This document shows, piece after piece, positions 50,988 to 61,174 of a stretch of DNA of 64,000 nucleotides. The translations under genes were made by a program, and so were the position numbers. Source of the stretch: an uncultured delta proteobacterium. GTDB lineage: Bacteria > Desulfobacterota > BSN033 > UBA1163. The DNA is taken from NCBI GenBank assembly GCA_963827685.1, contig CAWHBU010000003.1:1152001-1216000 (forward strand). The letters are read 5' to 3'. How positions within the stretch are numbered: position 1 is the first letter of the stretch; every line of letters begins with the position of its first letter. The notes beneath the pieces were generated by a model. That model did no database searches, was not told the DNA's origin, and saw only the letters and a program-made list of their open reading frames with translations.

Positions 50988-51419
50988 TTAAATCCTTATT
51001 CTAAAACGTATGACTTGTCGGTTAAAGTCCGACCGTGGGGGTTCGGCAGTTCGCGCACGGTCTAAGATGCCCAGTGCAAGAACGAAATCATCTAACCCAT
51101 GAAAGGTCTGTGTGTAGAGAGCAAAATAACCAGTGAATTGTTTCTCCATCCCCCCTTTCAGGTAGATTAAACTCGGCTTATAATAACTTTCCCCCGGTTG
51201 TTCAATGCGAGAGACGACCCGATGCATGTTGTCTTCCGGATCAGTGACGGAGAGATAAATCTTCCAGGTGTCTTCTTGTCGTATTTTTTCCGGTGCATAG
51301 GTGAAGTTAACTATAAATGGGTCTTCTTTTGTTTGGGCTTGACTGGGCGTCTTCAAGCCGATGATTATGGTAACGATGCTTAAAATGGAAAAGAATCTTG
51401 TAAAGAGTTTCATCACCAT
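50988..51419 (-). CDS. hypothetical exported protein (paralog of 45590-46000)
   Basis: Signal peptide; shared core. Confidence 0.6.
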   Translation of the reverse strand: MVMKLFTRFFSILSIVTIIIGLKTPSQAQTKEDPFIVNFTYAPEKIRQEDTWKIYLSVTDPEDNMHRVVSRIEQPGESYYKPSLIYLKGGMEKQFTGYFALYTQTFHGLDDFVLALGILDRARTAEPPRSDFNRQVIRFRIRI

Positions 51420-51563
51420 AACCTCCTTCGGTGCTCTTTAATGAGGGTCTGATTCTCTATTCACTTTATTAGGGTTATCCACCTCCATGTGGCATTAACA
51501 AAGGCTCATAGAGATCAATGAAGGCATTCCCCAATAAGCTCATCCCCCGTCTCATGGGAGTTC

Positions 51564-54500
51564 CTATGTGCCCTCCCGAATGCCGTCCGTGGCATCCACG
51601 GCCTTCGAGTTCTCGGCCTTGGGTAGGTGGTCAGTGGGTCGGGCCCACCAGACGTAAAAGGTTGGCAGCAGAAAGATGCTCAGCACAAGGTCAGTGATCA
51701 ATCCGCCTACGATGACGATGGCAAAGGGCCGCTGCGAATCGGATCCGATGGCGTGGGACATGGCCGCAGGCAGCAGACCCAGCGTGGCCACCAGCATGGT
51801 CATCATGATCGGTCTGAGCCGGCGCGTTGCCCCTTCAATGGCGGCATCAACGATCGAATAGCCTCTCACACGCAGCTGATTGATGTATACCACCATAATG
51901 ACGCCAATCTGCACAGACACCCCAAACAAAGCGAGGAAACCTACCCCTGAGGAGACGCTGAAAAGCGTGCCCGTCACGAGCAATGCCAGAAAACCTCCGA
52001 TAGGAGCCATGGCCACGTTGACCAAATTGAGACAGGCCCACTTGGCGGAGCCGAAGGCGCCGTAAATAATCATGAATATGAGGAAGATCGTCAAGGGCAC
52101 GATGATGAGCAGCCGCGCCTCGGCCCGCTTCTGGCTTTCGTACTCACCCAGCCAACTGATGGAGTATCCCGGCGGCAACTTCACCTGTTTGTCTACCTTC
52201 GCGATTGCCTCCTCGACGGTGCTGCCCAGGTCACGGCCCCTGACGCTGTACTTGACTGCCACATAGCGTTGGTTCCCTTCACGATAGATTTGTGCCGCGC
52301 CGTCCCGCGTTTCCACCCTGCAGAGCTGCGCCAGCGATACGCGTTCGCCCGAGGGCGACAGTAAGCGAACCTTCTCAAGCGCTTCCTTTGTGTCGCGGTA
52401 CGGGGGAAGATAGCGCATAACGAGGTCATACCGCCGCTCGCCCTGAAGGACCTGGGTGAGGGCATTGCCGCCGACGGCGGTCAGAACTGCATCCTGTACA
52501 TCAGCAACGTTGATCTGATACCGGGCGGCCTGTTTGCGGTCGACGATGAAGTTCAGGTTGGGCTGCCCGACGACGCGAAAGAGCCCGAGGTCCTCGATAC
52601 CCCGGATTTGCTGCATAATCTTGACGATCTTATCGCCTTTTTCCTCGAGCACCTTCAGGTCATCTCCATAGATCTTCGTGGCGAGCTGCCCTTTGACCCC
52701 GCTCACCGCCTCCTCCATGTTGTCCTGAATGGGCTGAGAGAAGTTCCAGATCGCGCCGGGGATCTTTTTGAGCTCCCGATTCATGGCGGCGATGAGTTTC
52801 TCTTTGTCCTGGTGAAAGACAGGCCGCCACTGTTCCTTCTGCTTCAGGTTGACGCAGTATTCGGTGTTGAAGAATCCCGTAAAGTCCTGTCCATCATCGG
52901 GTCGTCCCACCTGACTGGTCGTCACGGTGACCTCGGGAAAGGAGGCGAGCACCACCCGGGCCTGGTTCGCCACCCGGATGCCCTCGCTCGGTCCGGTGCT
53001 GGGCGCAAGGGTGCCGCGCACCCAGATCGCACCCTCATCCAGGTGGGGCAGGAATTCCGATCCGATCACGCCGCTCGTCGCCAGATGAAGACTGGAACAG
53101 ACGGTGAGTACCGCAACGCCGGCCATCACCCAATGGTGATGGACGGACCAGGTCAGACACTGGCGATACCATTTCGTGAGCCAGACAATCACCGGGTTGT
53201 GCCACTCGGGGGTTTCCTTGCGGAATAAAAAGCTTACGAGGACTGGCGCGATCGTCATGGAGAAGACCAGTGCGCCCAGGAGCGCAAACGCCACGGTCCA
53301 GGCCATGGGCCTGAACAAGCGGCCTTCCACCCGCTGCAGGGTGAAAATGGGTATGTAGCCGCTGATGATAATGATCATGGCGTAGAAGACAGGTCTCTGC
53401 ACTTCGTGCGCGGCAGCCCGAATTCTATCCTTCACTGACGAAGTCGCATCCTTATCGCCCAAGTGGCGGAAGATGTTTTCGACCATCACTACCGCCCCGT
53501 CCACCACCATGCCGAAGTCGAGCGCTCCCAGGGAGAGCAGATTTGCCGGGATCTTTCTCAGGTCGAGACAAATGGACGCGAATAATAACGAGAACGGAAT
53601 GGTCATCGCGACAACAAGCGCAGCCCGAATATTTCCGAGAAAGAGGAGCAGCACAACCGTGACGAGGATGAGGCCTTCAGTGAGATTGTGCAGGACGGTG
53701 TGGGTCGTGTAGTGTACGAGGTCGCCTCGATCGTTGAAGGGAACGACCTTTACGCCCGGGGGCAGAATCTTTTCGTTCAGCTCCTGCACCTTCTTGTGGA
53801 CGCCCTCGATGGCCGAGTCGAATTTGGCGCCCTTTCGCATGAGCACGATGCCCGAGACGACGTCATCGTTGTCCATGATCTTCCCGTCCGAGCGATGAAT
53901 CGCCCTGCCGAATTGACCGAGCCGGATCTTGGGACCCTGTGAGACGACGGCGATGTCCTTGACCCGCACCGGCGTGCCGTTCTTTGTCGTGATGACCGTA
54001 TCCTCAATGTCGGTGGTAGTGCGGATCAACCCAACCGCGCGCACATTGATCTGCTGCATGCCCGCCTCGATGAAGCTTCCGCCCGCATTCACATTGTTGT
54101 TGGCGAGCTGCTGTTCCACCTGGCCGATGCTGAGCCCGTAAGAGACGAGCTTGGCAGGATCGACGCGAACCTGGTACTCACGGGTGGGACCGCCGAAGAC
54201 CGAGACGTCCACCACATTCGGCACTGTCTTGAACTGTTTCACCAGTAGCCAGTCCTGGAGGGATTTCAATTCCATCGCGTCATATTGCGGATTCGTGCTT
54301 CTCAGGGTATAGAAGTAGATCTGGCCGACCGGACTGAAGTCGGGGCCAATGTTGGGCTGCAAATTAGGCGGAAGGTTAACCATGGAGATCCGCTCCAGGA
54401 CCTTCTGCCGGTTCCAGGCATTGTCCGAATCGTCGTCGAACCAGAGGATCACGACGGACAACCCGGCAATCGTTACAGAGCGCAGGTGGGTGAGCTGCGG

Positions 54501-54728
54501 GATGCCGTTCATCACGTTTTCAAGGGGAATGGTAACCTGCTGCTCCACTTCCTCCGCGGCCCGGTCGGGCCACTGCGTGATGACCCAGGCATAATTGTTC
54601 GCTACGTCAGGGTACGCTTCGACAGGAAGACGGTGGAAGGCGATAATGCCTCCGGCAAACAGCAGAAGAGCAAAAGCCACTACGAAAGGGCGTTTGTTCA
54701 GGGCAAAATCGACAATAGCGCGAATCAT
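51564..54728 (-). CDS. CusA/CzcA-family RND efflux transporter
   Basis: EAYPD, NLLSLGALDFGMVVD, RLRPIMMT; start placed at MIRAIV. Confidence 0.93.
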   Translation of the reverse strand: MIRAIVDFALNKRPFVVAFALLLFAGGIIAFHRLPVEAYPDVANNYAWVITQWPDRAAEEVEQQVTIPLENVMNGIPQLTHLRSVTIAGLSVVILWFDDDSDNAWNRQKVLERISMVNLPPNLQPNIGPDFSPVGQIYFYTLRSTNPQYDAMELKSLQDWLLVKQFKTVPNVVDVSVFGGPTREYQVRVDPAKLVSYGLSIGQVEQQLANNNVNAGGSFIEAGMQQINVRAVGLIRTTTDIEDTVITTKNGTPVRVKDIAVVSQGPKIRLGQFGRAIHRSDGKIMDNDDVVSGIVLMRKGAKFDSAIEGVHKKVQELNEKILPPGVKVVPFNDRGDLVHYTTHTVLHNLTEGLILVTVVLLLFLGNIRAALVVAMTIPFSLLFASICLDLRKIPANLLSLGALDFGMVVDGAVVMVENIFRHLGDKDATSSVKDRIRAAAHEVQRPVFYAMIIIISGYIPIFTLQRVEGRLFRPMAWTVAFALLGALVFSMTIAPVLVSFLFRKETPEWHNPVIVWLTKWYRQCLTWSVHHHWVMAGVAVLTVCSSLHLATSGVIGSEFLPHLDEGAIWVRGTLAPSTGPSEGIRVANQARVVLASFPEVTVTTSQVGRPDDGQDFTGFFNTEYCVNLKQKEQWRPVFHQDKEKLIAAMNRELKKIPGAIWNFSQPIQDNMEEAVSGVKGQLATKIYGDDLKVLEEKGDKIVKIMQQIRGIEDLGLFRVVGQPNLNFIVDRKQAARYQINVADVQDAVLTAVGGNALTQVLQGERRYDLVMRYLPPYRDTKEALEKVRLLSPSGERVSLAQLCRVETRDGAAQIYREGNQRYVAVKYSVRGRDLGSTVEEAIAKVDKQVKLPPGYSISWLGEYESQKRAEARLLIIVPLTIFLIFMIIYGAFGSAKWACLNLVNVAMAPIGGFLALLVTGTLFSVSSGVGFLALFGVSVQIGVIMVVYINQLRVRGYSIVDAAIEGATRRLRPIMMTMLVATLGLLPAAMSHAIGSDSQRPFAIVIVGGLITDLVLSIFLLPTFYVWWARPTDHLPKAENSKAVDATDGIREGT

Positions 54729-55873
54729 TTTAACTCCTCTTCCTTTGTGGCTTGGAGCTCCAGGGCGTTTGTACACACCTGTTGACCCGGCTGTATCCCC
54801 TTTACCTCCTGCTTACCGCTGGAAAGCATCTTCCCGCCGACCACCTCGACGCGCCGGAATTCACCCCCTCCTGCCGGCACGAAGACCCAGTCACGATCCT
54901 GAAGATGCAGGATGGCGGTCGCTGGAACCACGGCGTGCGTCTCCTGCTGCTGGCCATGGAAGGTGGCAGTGACAAACATACCGATACGCATCAACCGCGG
55001 ATTCTGCATTTCCAACCGGACCTTTGCGGTGCGGATGTTGGGGTCGAGGATCGGCGCGATATTACTGATCCGGCCTTTAAACACCTTGTCGGGATAGGCG
55101 TTCAGGCGGACATCTGCGTAATCACCCAGGCGAACGAAGGGAAAATCGTTTTCGTACACGTCGCAGATGATCCACACATGGTCGAGGTTGGCGATCGTGA
55201 AGAGGTTCGGCGAATTGTCCAGCGTCTTCACTCCGGCTCCCTCCGTCACGTTCTGCTCGATGATGACACCTGAGATGGGAGCGTAAACGTCGACGATCCC
55301 GCTCGGATGATGATCGAGGTCTGTCACACCAAGGACCCGGAGCTTCTCGACAGCGGTCTCGCGGGTGACCCTCGCTTTGGCTTCCACATCCACCGCAACC
55401 TCCAGGTCCTTCTTGGCGATCGCCCCCTTCTCGAAGAGAACTTCGGCGCGGCCGAGCTGCGTCTTCGCCAGTGTCTCGTCGGCAACGGCCTGCCGGTAAT
55501 CGGAGAAGGCCCCTGAGATGTCGGCGCTCCTCACCCTCATGAGAAGCTGCCCCTTCTCCACGGTATCCCCCAGCCGCACCTTGATTTCTACCACGCGGCC
55601 AGAGGAAAGCGAGATAGCAGGCACGGTGCGCGAAACATCGGGATTCACTACGCCAGTCACGCTCAGCTCCGGCGTGGCTTTGTGCTCACCCGCCGTTGTC
55701 AGCGGAAACTGTTCCGGGTGAGCTACCTTGAACTCGATCGAATCCTGCTCGTGCTCGACCTGAGCTGGAGGCGGCGCTCCGGATGCGCCATCTGCCTCCA
55801 TTTTCCGGCCGCAGCCTGCCAGAAGAAGGATCACCCCAAAACAGAGAGTTGCCGCACAAATCAAACGTTTCAT
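54725..55873 (-). CDS. RND periplasmic adaptor (MFP), lipoprotein
   Basis: LLAGC lipobox, GDTVEKGQLL, APISGVI. Confidence 0.92.
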   Translation of the reverse strand: MKRLICAATLCFGVILLLAGCGRKMEADGASGAPPPAQVEHEQDSIEFKVAHPEQFPLTTAGEHKATPELSVTGVVNPDVSRTVPAISLSSGRVVEIKVRLGDTVEKGQLLMRVRSADISGAFSDYRQAVADETLAKTQLGRAEVLFEKGAIAKKDLEVAVDVEAKARVTRETAVEKLRVLGVTDLDHHPSGIVDVYAPISGVIIEQNVTEGAGVKTLDNSPNLFTIANLDHVWIICDVYENDFPFVRLGDYADVRLNAYPDKVFKGRISNIAPILDPNIRTAKVRLEMQNPRLMRIGMFVTATFHGQQQETHAVVPATAILHLQDRDWVFVPAGGGEFRRVEVVGGKMLSSGKQEVKGIQPGQQVCTNALELQATKEEELK

Positions 55874-57150
55874 TCCATAACCTCCCGACCCACCGCGAGA
55901 TTCAATTGAGCCGAGGCAGACAAGTAAGACCCAATCAGGCTCAAATAGCTTCGTTGAACATTCCGGTAGTCATTCTGTGCTTGCAGAAAATCAAGCAAAG
56001 ATGCCCCGCCGCGCTCATAGGAGAAGGTCACGATATCGCGAACCGTGACGGCTTGTTGCAGGTATTTCGCCTTGTACGGTTGCAGCAAGACCAGTGTGCT
56101 CTTCAGCGTCGCATACGCGGAATCAACATCGCTGTAAATCAGCGCTTCAGCGGCATCCCGTACCCTTTTGTTGCGCGCGATGTCCAGTTGGGTGCGCAGC
56201 CTCTCCCCCTGGTTCCTATCGAAGATGCGCAATGGAATGCTGACGCTCAAACCCACGTAAGCCCGCTTCCATGTAATAAGCCCGGGAACCTGTTCAAACG
56301 AAGGATTTAGTCCGAAATCTACGCCGATGGTTGGATCGGTCGAAGCATTTGCTTCGGCAAGCCGGTGGTTGGTCTTAGCCTGATCGATGGACTGCACTGC
56401 AGCCCTCAGGTCCGGCCTTGTCTCGAGCGCGACCCTGTGAAACTCTTCAAGTGGCAGAATTTGCTCCGAGAAGTCAAAAGGCCCCGTCACATCAAACTGT
56501 TCGACGGGCGTCCGGTCATTCAGCAACATTAGAAGCTGGATCTTCGCCGTTCGCAGGCTTACTTCGGCGGTTTGAACGTCGGACTCGAAGGTAACGCGCT
56601 GCAATTGCAGGCGGTCCAGGTCGATTTGCGCGATATCCCCTGCTTTGAATCGTTCGGCACTCACCTGAAGCACGTGATCGTAATAAGAAAGATTTTCCTT
56701 CGCCACATCCAAAACTGCCCTTTGCTGAAGGACCTGAATGAATGCGCTCCGCAAGGTGAAGAGGAGGCTTCTTTCCTCGTCCGCCAGTTGCGAGGTTGCG
56801 ATTGCTGTTCCCTTCTCCGCGCTCTCCCGCCGCAATTGCCGCTTGTGCCGCCGCTCGAACAAATAGCTTACCGAGACTACCGGTAGCGTGTCTACCCAAG
56901 CGCGGGACGACTGCCATGGGTGGAGTTGGTCGACCGACGCCGTGAAGTTCGGGTTCGGACGCAGATAAGCGGTGATTTCCTGTGCACGGGCCTCCTCGAT
57001 GCCAATCCGTGCTGCCTGCAGACTCGGATTGGCCGCCAAAAATCTCGCCCGAACCTGCTGCCATGTTAAAGCCTGCTGCGCGAACGACTCTGTGCTGAGG
57101 CAGCCCACAACTACAAACCCTATAAACAGACGCCACGCCAGACGCTTCAT
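55870..57150 (-). CDS. TolC-family outer membrane channel
   Basis: NPSL, RPNP, IFDRNQG, YERGGASLLDFL; GGAGG RBS before ATG 57150. Confidence 0.9.
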   Translation of the reverse strand: MKRLAWRLFIGFVVVGCLSTESFAQQALTWQQVRARFLAANPSLQAARIGIEEARAQEITAYLRPNPNFTASVDQLHPWQSSRAWVDTLPVVSVSYLFERRHKRQLRRESAEKGTAIATSQLADEERSLLFTLRSAFIQVLQQRAVLDVAKENLSYYDHVLQVSAERFKAGDIAQIDLDRLQLQRVTFESDVQTAEVSLRTAKIQLLMLLNDRTPVEQFDVTGPFDFSEQILPLEEFHRVALETRPDLRAAVQSIDQAKTNHRLAEANASTDPTIGVDFGLNPSFEQVPGLITWKRAYVGLSVSIPLRIFDRNQGERLRTQLDIARNKRVRDAAEALIYSDVDSAYATLKSTLVLLQPYKAKYLQQAVTVRDIVTFSYERGGASLLDFLQAQNDYRNVQRSYLSLIGSYLSASAQLNLAVGREVME

Positions 57151-57282
57151 GTCACCTCCCTGAGTACGTTGGTTCTCTCTTCCCACAAGGCTTCCAAGGC
57201 CATCGGGACCCGTGAACATGCGGAGTCGCACCCTCAGGTAGCACCAAGATCCATAATAACCCGATCACTACAATCGAATAAA

Positions 57283-57317
57283 CCTATCTTTTGGCCATAC
57301 GGACCCTATCTTTTGGC
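57283..57317. promoter_or_regulatory. 13-bp direct repeat, candidate regulator binding site
   Basis: cctatcttttggc at 57283 and 57305 (22-bp period) between divergent operons. Confidence 0.5.
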
Positions 57318-57545
57318 TATCTCTTCTTCTTAACCTTGGTAAGTTGTTCGAAAATGGATTGTTACGCCGGAGATCGTTCGATGCGACTCATTGCACTTCC
57401 ACTTGGATACTTGTATAATAAAATTAAGAATCACTACGTTACAGGTGCGGCTCGGACTGTGCTTGTTCGTTGACCGGGATCGATCTATTACGACGTATCA
57501 GGCCTTCTTTCCTATTGCTCGCCCTATCATTATCCCAGGGGGGTT

Positions 57546-58955
57546 ATGAAACCGCTTCTGCGCTATTTGCAGGAAAATCCTCGCGCAGTACTCACATGCG
57601 CTGGCGTTCTCACTGCGATTATTGGTCTTGTGGACTGGTTGGTCGTTGGCAACATTTACTTCGGCACTCTCTACGCCTTCCCCATGCTGCTGGCCGGGAC
57701 CGTTCTTTCGCGATGGCAAATCATCCTGGGCGCAATCTTTTGTACGGTTCTTGGTGAGCTATTCGACCCGTTCCCGTTTGCGCTCATCACCACCTTGTCG
57801 CAGAACATTTTGCTTTTCATCGCGCTTGCCGGAATGGGATTGTATTCCCGTGAAATGACGGTAACCCGCCAGCGGGAACTGGAGAATCGCCAAAGAGTCG
57901 AAAAGGAGGTGGCCGCCCGCCGTGAGGCGGAAGAGCAACTGGAATTTGTTATCCAGAGCAGCCCTGTCGCGATTCTTGTTATGAGCGCACGTGGAGAGAT
58001 TCTTATCGGGAATCCCACGGCACACCACCTCTTTCGAGTAGGAGCGGGAGAGTTGGCCGGAAGGAATATCTCACGCTATGTTCCGGCGCTTGGCCGCGTG
58101 CCTTCTGTGGAGGACACGAGCCAAACCTTCCGAACCGAAATGCAGTGCCGTGGGCAACGAGACAACGGGGACATCTTCCTGGCCAATGTTTTCTTTTCCA
58201 CTTACAGAACGGCGATGGGGCCCCGCCTGGCTGCCCTGGTGGTAGACGCCTCCGAGGATTTACGCGATCGCGCGGAATACAGCCTCGAACAGCTTTTGGC
58301 GGGATCGCGGGTCCTTGTGGGAGCCGTTTCTCATGAGGTGAGAAATGTGTGCAGCGCTATTGCTGTCATTTATCAGAATCTCGCGCGAAACGGGGGTCTC
58401 GGGGAGAGTCCGGATTTCCAAGCTCTCGGCTCCCTAGTCGAAACGCTGAACAGGATCGCGTCTCTGGAGTTGCGACAGAGCACCGGTGGTTTCGAGGCCA
58501 AGATTGTCGACCTTACCGAGCTTCTCGACGAGGCGCGCATTGTACTAGAACCTTATTGCGCGGAATCGGATATCACGGTGAATTGGAACATCCCTGGAAA
58601 GCTCCCTTACATCTGGGCTGATCGTCATGGCCTGTTGCAGGTGCTTCTTAACCTTACAAAAAATAGCAAGCGAGCATTGGAAGGGGCAACCCTGAAGAGA
58701 ATCGATGTCTCGGTTGCCGTTGAGCATGGGATCGTTTCTATCACGGTTGCCGACACTGGGCCGGGTATCACCTCGACCGAAAAGCTGTTTCAGCCATTAC
58801 AGAAAGGCGCCGAGGCCACGGGATTGGGGTTGTTTCTTTCTCGCGCTTTCATGCGGTCTTTAAGAGGCGACCTTCGATACGATCCCGAAGCGCCAGGGTG
58901 TTGTTTCGTAATTGAACTGGCCATAGCTGGTACTGCTGAAGTAGATCACGGGTGA
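57546..58955 (+). CDS. membrane PAS sensor histidine kinase
   Basis: TM region, PAS, SHEVRN, QVLLNLTKN, DTGPGI, GLGLFL. Confidence 0.9.
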   Translation: MKPLLRYLQENPRAVLTCAGVLTAIIGLVDWLVVGNIYFGTLYAFPMLLAGTVLSRWQIILGAIFCTVLGELFDPFPFALITTLSQNILLFIALAGMGLYSREMTVTRQRELENRQRVEKEVAARREAEEQLEFVIQSSPVAILVMSARGEILIGNPTAHHLFRVGAGELAGRNISRYVPALGRVPSVEDTSQTFRTEMQCRGQRDNGDIFLANVFFSTYRTAMGPRLAALVVDASEDLRDRAEYSLEQLLAGSRVLVGAVSHEVRNVCSAIAVIYQNLARNGGLGESPDFQALGSLVETLNRIASLELRQSTGGFEAKIVDLTELLDEARIVLEPYCAESDITVNWNIPGKLPYIWADRHGLLQVLLNLTKNSKRALEGATLKRIDVSVAVEHGIVSITVADTGPGITSTEKLFQPLQKGAEATGLGLFLSRAFMRSLRGDLRYDPEAPGCCFVIELAIAGTAEVDHG

Positions 58956-58965
58956 GCGGGCAAGG

Positions 58966-59619
58966 ATGCAACGAATACGACTCTTATTGGTGGACGATCA
59001 CCCCCTCTTCCGAGAAGGCTTGGCCCGCCTGCTGGCATCAGAGCCTGACTTCGAGATGGTTGGCCAGTGCAGCACTTCAGCCGAGGCTCTCCAATTACTC
59101 AGTCGTTCTGACGTCGATGTGGTGCTTCTGGATTTTGACCTGGGGGACGAGCAGGGGAATCACTTCATATCGTCGGCGCGTCAAGCCGGATATGCGGGCA
59201 AGATACTCATGGTCACTGCCGGCATGAACGCGACGGAATCTTCCATTGCATTGAAGCTCGGCGCATCAGGTATTGTCCTCAAGCATAATTCTCCGAGCAC
59301 TCTGGCAAACGCTATTCGGCTAGTCGCAAATGGAGAGATGTGGGTCGACCAGAAAGTCATTCAGCAAATGGCTGTCCGGTTCCTGCAAGGCGACCAACAG
59401 AGCCTCCCCCAAACTCTTACACAGCGGGAGGATCAAGTGCTCCAAGGCGCGTTCGAAGGGCTTACAAACAAAGAAATCGCGGCAAAAATAGGTGTATCGG
59501 AAAGTTCAGTGAAGGCAACGCTCCAGCAATTATTTCAGAAAACTGGCGTGCGAACGCGCAGCCAGCTTGTCCGAATTGCCCTCGAAGGGTCCTTCCGTAT
59601 GAATAAAAGGATAGTTTAA
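58966..59619 (+). CDS. NarL/LuxR-family response regulator
   Basis: LLVDDHPLFREGL, DVVLLD, LTQRE...TNKEIA. Confidence 0.93.
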   Translation: MQRIRLLLVDDHPLFREGLARLLASEPDFEMVGQCSTSAEALQLLSRSDVDVVLLDFDLGDEQGNHFISSARQAGYAGKILMVTAGMNATESSIALKLGASGIVLKHNSPSTLANAIRLVANGEMWVDQKVIQQMAVRFLQGDQQSLPQTLTQREDQVLQGAFEGLTNKEIAAKIGVSESSVKATLQQLFQKTGVRTRSQLVRIALEGSFRMNKRIV

Positions 59620-60099
59620 CCTATGCCCTCAAGCTATCGTCCGGGAGAGGTTTAAGAACTTCAAATGCAGTTTGCTGCCACCTTCTCCAGAATGGTCTTT
59701 GTTAAATCTTCTTCGGATCCTTAATCTGTCAGATCCATTCCTGAGGCCTGAAGCGCCACGACTGTTCGGCTAAACTTTTTGGAAATCAAGAAGCTTATGC
59801 GGTCTCAATAGGATGACCCTTTTCGATTTCAATTCGCTTTGGGTCTTAACAAGGAAGAAGGAGAGGTTGAAAAGCATTCGTGAAAATAACCATTTGAAAT
59901 GTTGCATTACGTGGCGAGATTTAAAAACGAAGATTACAGGAAGTACTCTTGTGCGGGGACCTTGGTAGGATTACCGTTATCCCACCCATAGTAAGGAGGA
60001 TTGAGGCAGAAGAACGTACCCGGCCTGTCAAAGCAAGCGATCAAATCCTCGTAGTGGTTGTTTTCGATAATCTCCCGAAACCAAACGTTGCGGCGAAGC

Positions 60100-60696
60100 C
60101 TATTTGCGAACCTTTTCCCGGAGCATTTTCAGAAGATGCTCCGGGGGCTTGTTCGTCAGAATCTCCCTGAACTGGGTGCGATAGTTCTGGACCAGGCTGA
60201 CCCCCTCAATCACCACATCATAGACCTTCCACTGTCCGTTCTCTAAGATCATTCTATAATGGATCGGAATCGACTTCGACAACCTAAAGACCTCACTTTG
60301 AACCTCAGCGGTTTTATCTGACAGGTTAGTGACTTTGCCGAAAGCTACCTTCTCGTCTTTATACGCGATGATCCTGTCCATGTAGATGCTGCCCAGGAGT
60401 TTCCCGAAAAGACGTGTAAACTCTTCCTGTTGGTCGGGGGTGAACTGTTTCCAATGTTGGCCCAATGTCCGTTTCGAAAGCTCGGTGTAGTCGAAGACAC
60501 CATCGACAATTGCCCAAATCTTCTTTTCTTTACTCTCCTTGGCGGATTCGGCCTTCAGCGCCGGATCCCGCAACACCTCCAGCGCTCGATTGACCTGTGT
60601 TTGAATGGTTTCCAGAGGGGAAGCGGCAAAGACAGAAACCAGCGAGAGCATGAGAGCGGCAAGAGAAATGATCAACACGACGAGCGATCTCCTCAT
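60100..60696 (-). CDS. mlaC: MlaC/Ttg2D substrate-binding protein
   Basis: WKVYDVVIEGVSLVQNYRTQF. Confidence 0.9.
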   Translation of the reverse strand: MRRSLVVLIISLAALMLSLVSVFAASPLETIQTQVNRALEVLRDPALKAESAKESKEKKIWAIVDGVFDYTELSKRTLGQHWKQFTPDQQEEFTRLFGKLLGSIYMDRIIAYKDEKVAFGKVTNLSDKTAEVQSEVFRLSKSIPIHYRMILENGQWKVYDVVIEGVSLVQNYRTQFREILTNKPPEHLLKMLREKVRK

Positions 60697-60698
60697 GG

Positions 60699-61169
60699 TT
60701 ATTTCTTCTCCTTTCCTTCTTTTCCGATGTCGCCGAAAGCATATTTCCCGATCAGGTCCGTGAGATCGGGGGGCGATTCGGTTTGTGTAATCACTCCTCC
60801 TGGCTTCAGGATCGAGCCCGATCCTCCTGCATCGAGACTGATATACCGATCACCAATCAGGCCCAATGTTTTGATGGACGCAATGGCATCCTCATACACC
60901 TTGATACCTTCTCTTATTTTGAATTCGGCCATGACCACCTGCTTTTCTTGATCGAGTTTGAAACCCGTGACCTCTCCGATTTCGATCCCCAACATCTCCA
61001 CGGGGTTGCCGGCTCTCAATCCAGAGACCGAACTGAAGCGGGCGTAGAGAGGATACGAATCGTGGCTCAGGAGTTTAACCCTTCCGAGTTTCACGGTCAT
61101 ATATCCCACGCATACCAGCCCGATGAGCACAAATATTCCGGCCACTGTCTCATGACGATAGTTCTTCAT
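60699..61169 (-). CDS. mlaD: MlaD (MCE) protein
   Basis: FSSVSGLRAG.PV...GIEIG, GLIGDRYI. Confidence 0.92.
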   Translation of the reverse strand: MKNYRHETVAGIFVLIGLVCVGYMTVKLGRVKLLSHDSYPLYARFSSVSGLRAGNPVEMLGIEIGEVTGFKLDQEKQVVMAEFKIREGIKVYEDAIASIKTLGLIGDRYISLDAGGSGSILKPGGVITQTESPPDLTDLIGKYAFGDIGKEGKEKK

Positions 61170-61174
61170 CCCTT

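Noticed and set aside
51627-57163. Many overlapping ORFs inside the RND operon
   Set aside because: Shadow ORFs expected from high-GC codon bias opposite long genes.
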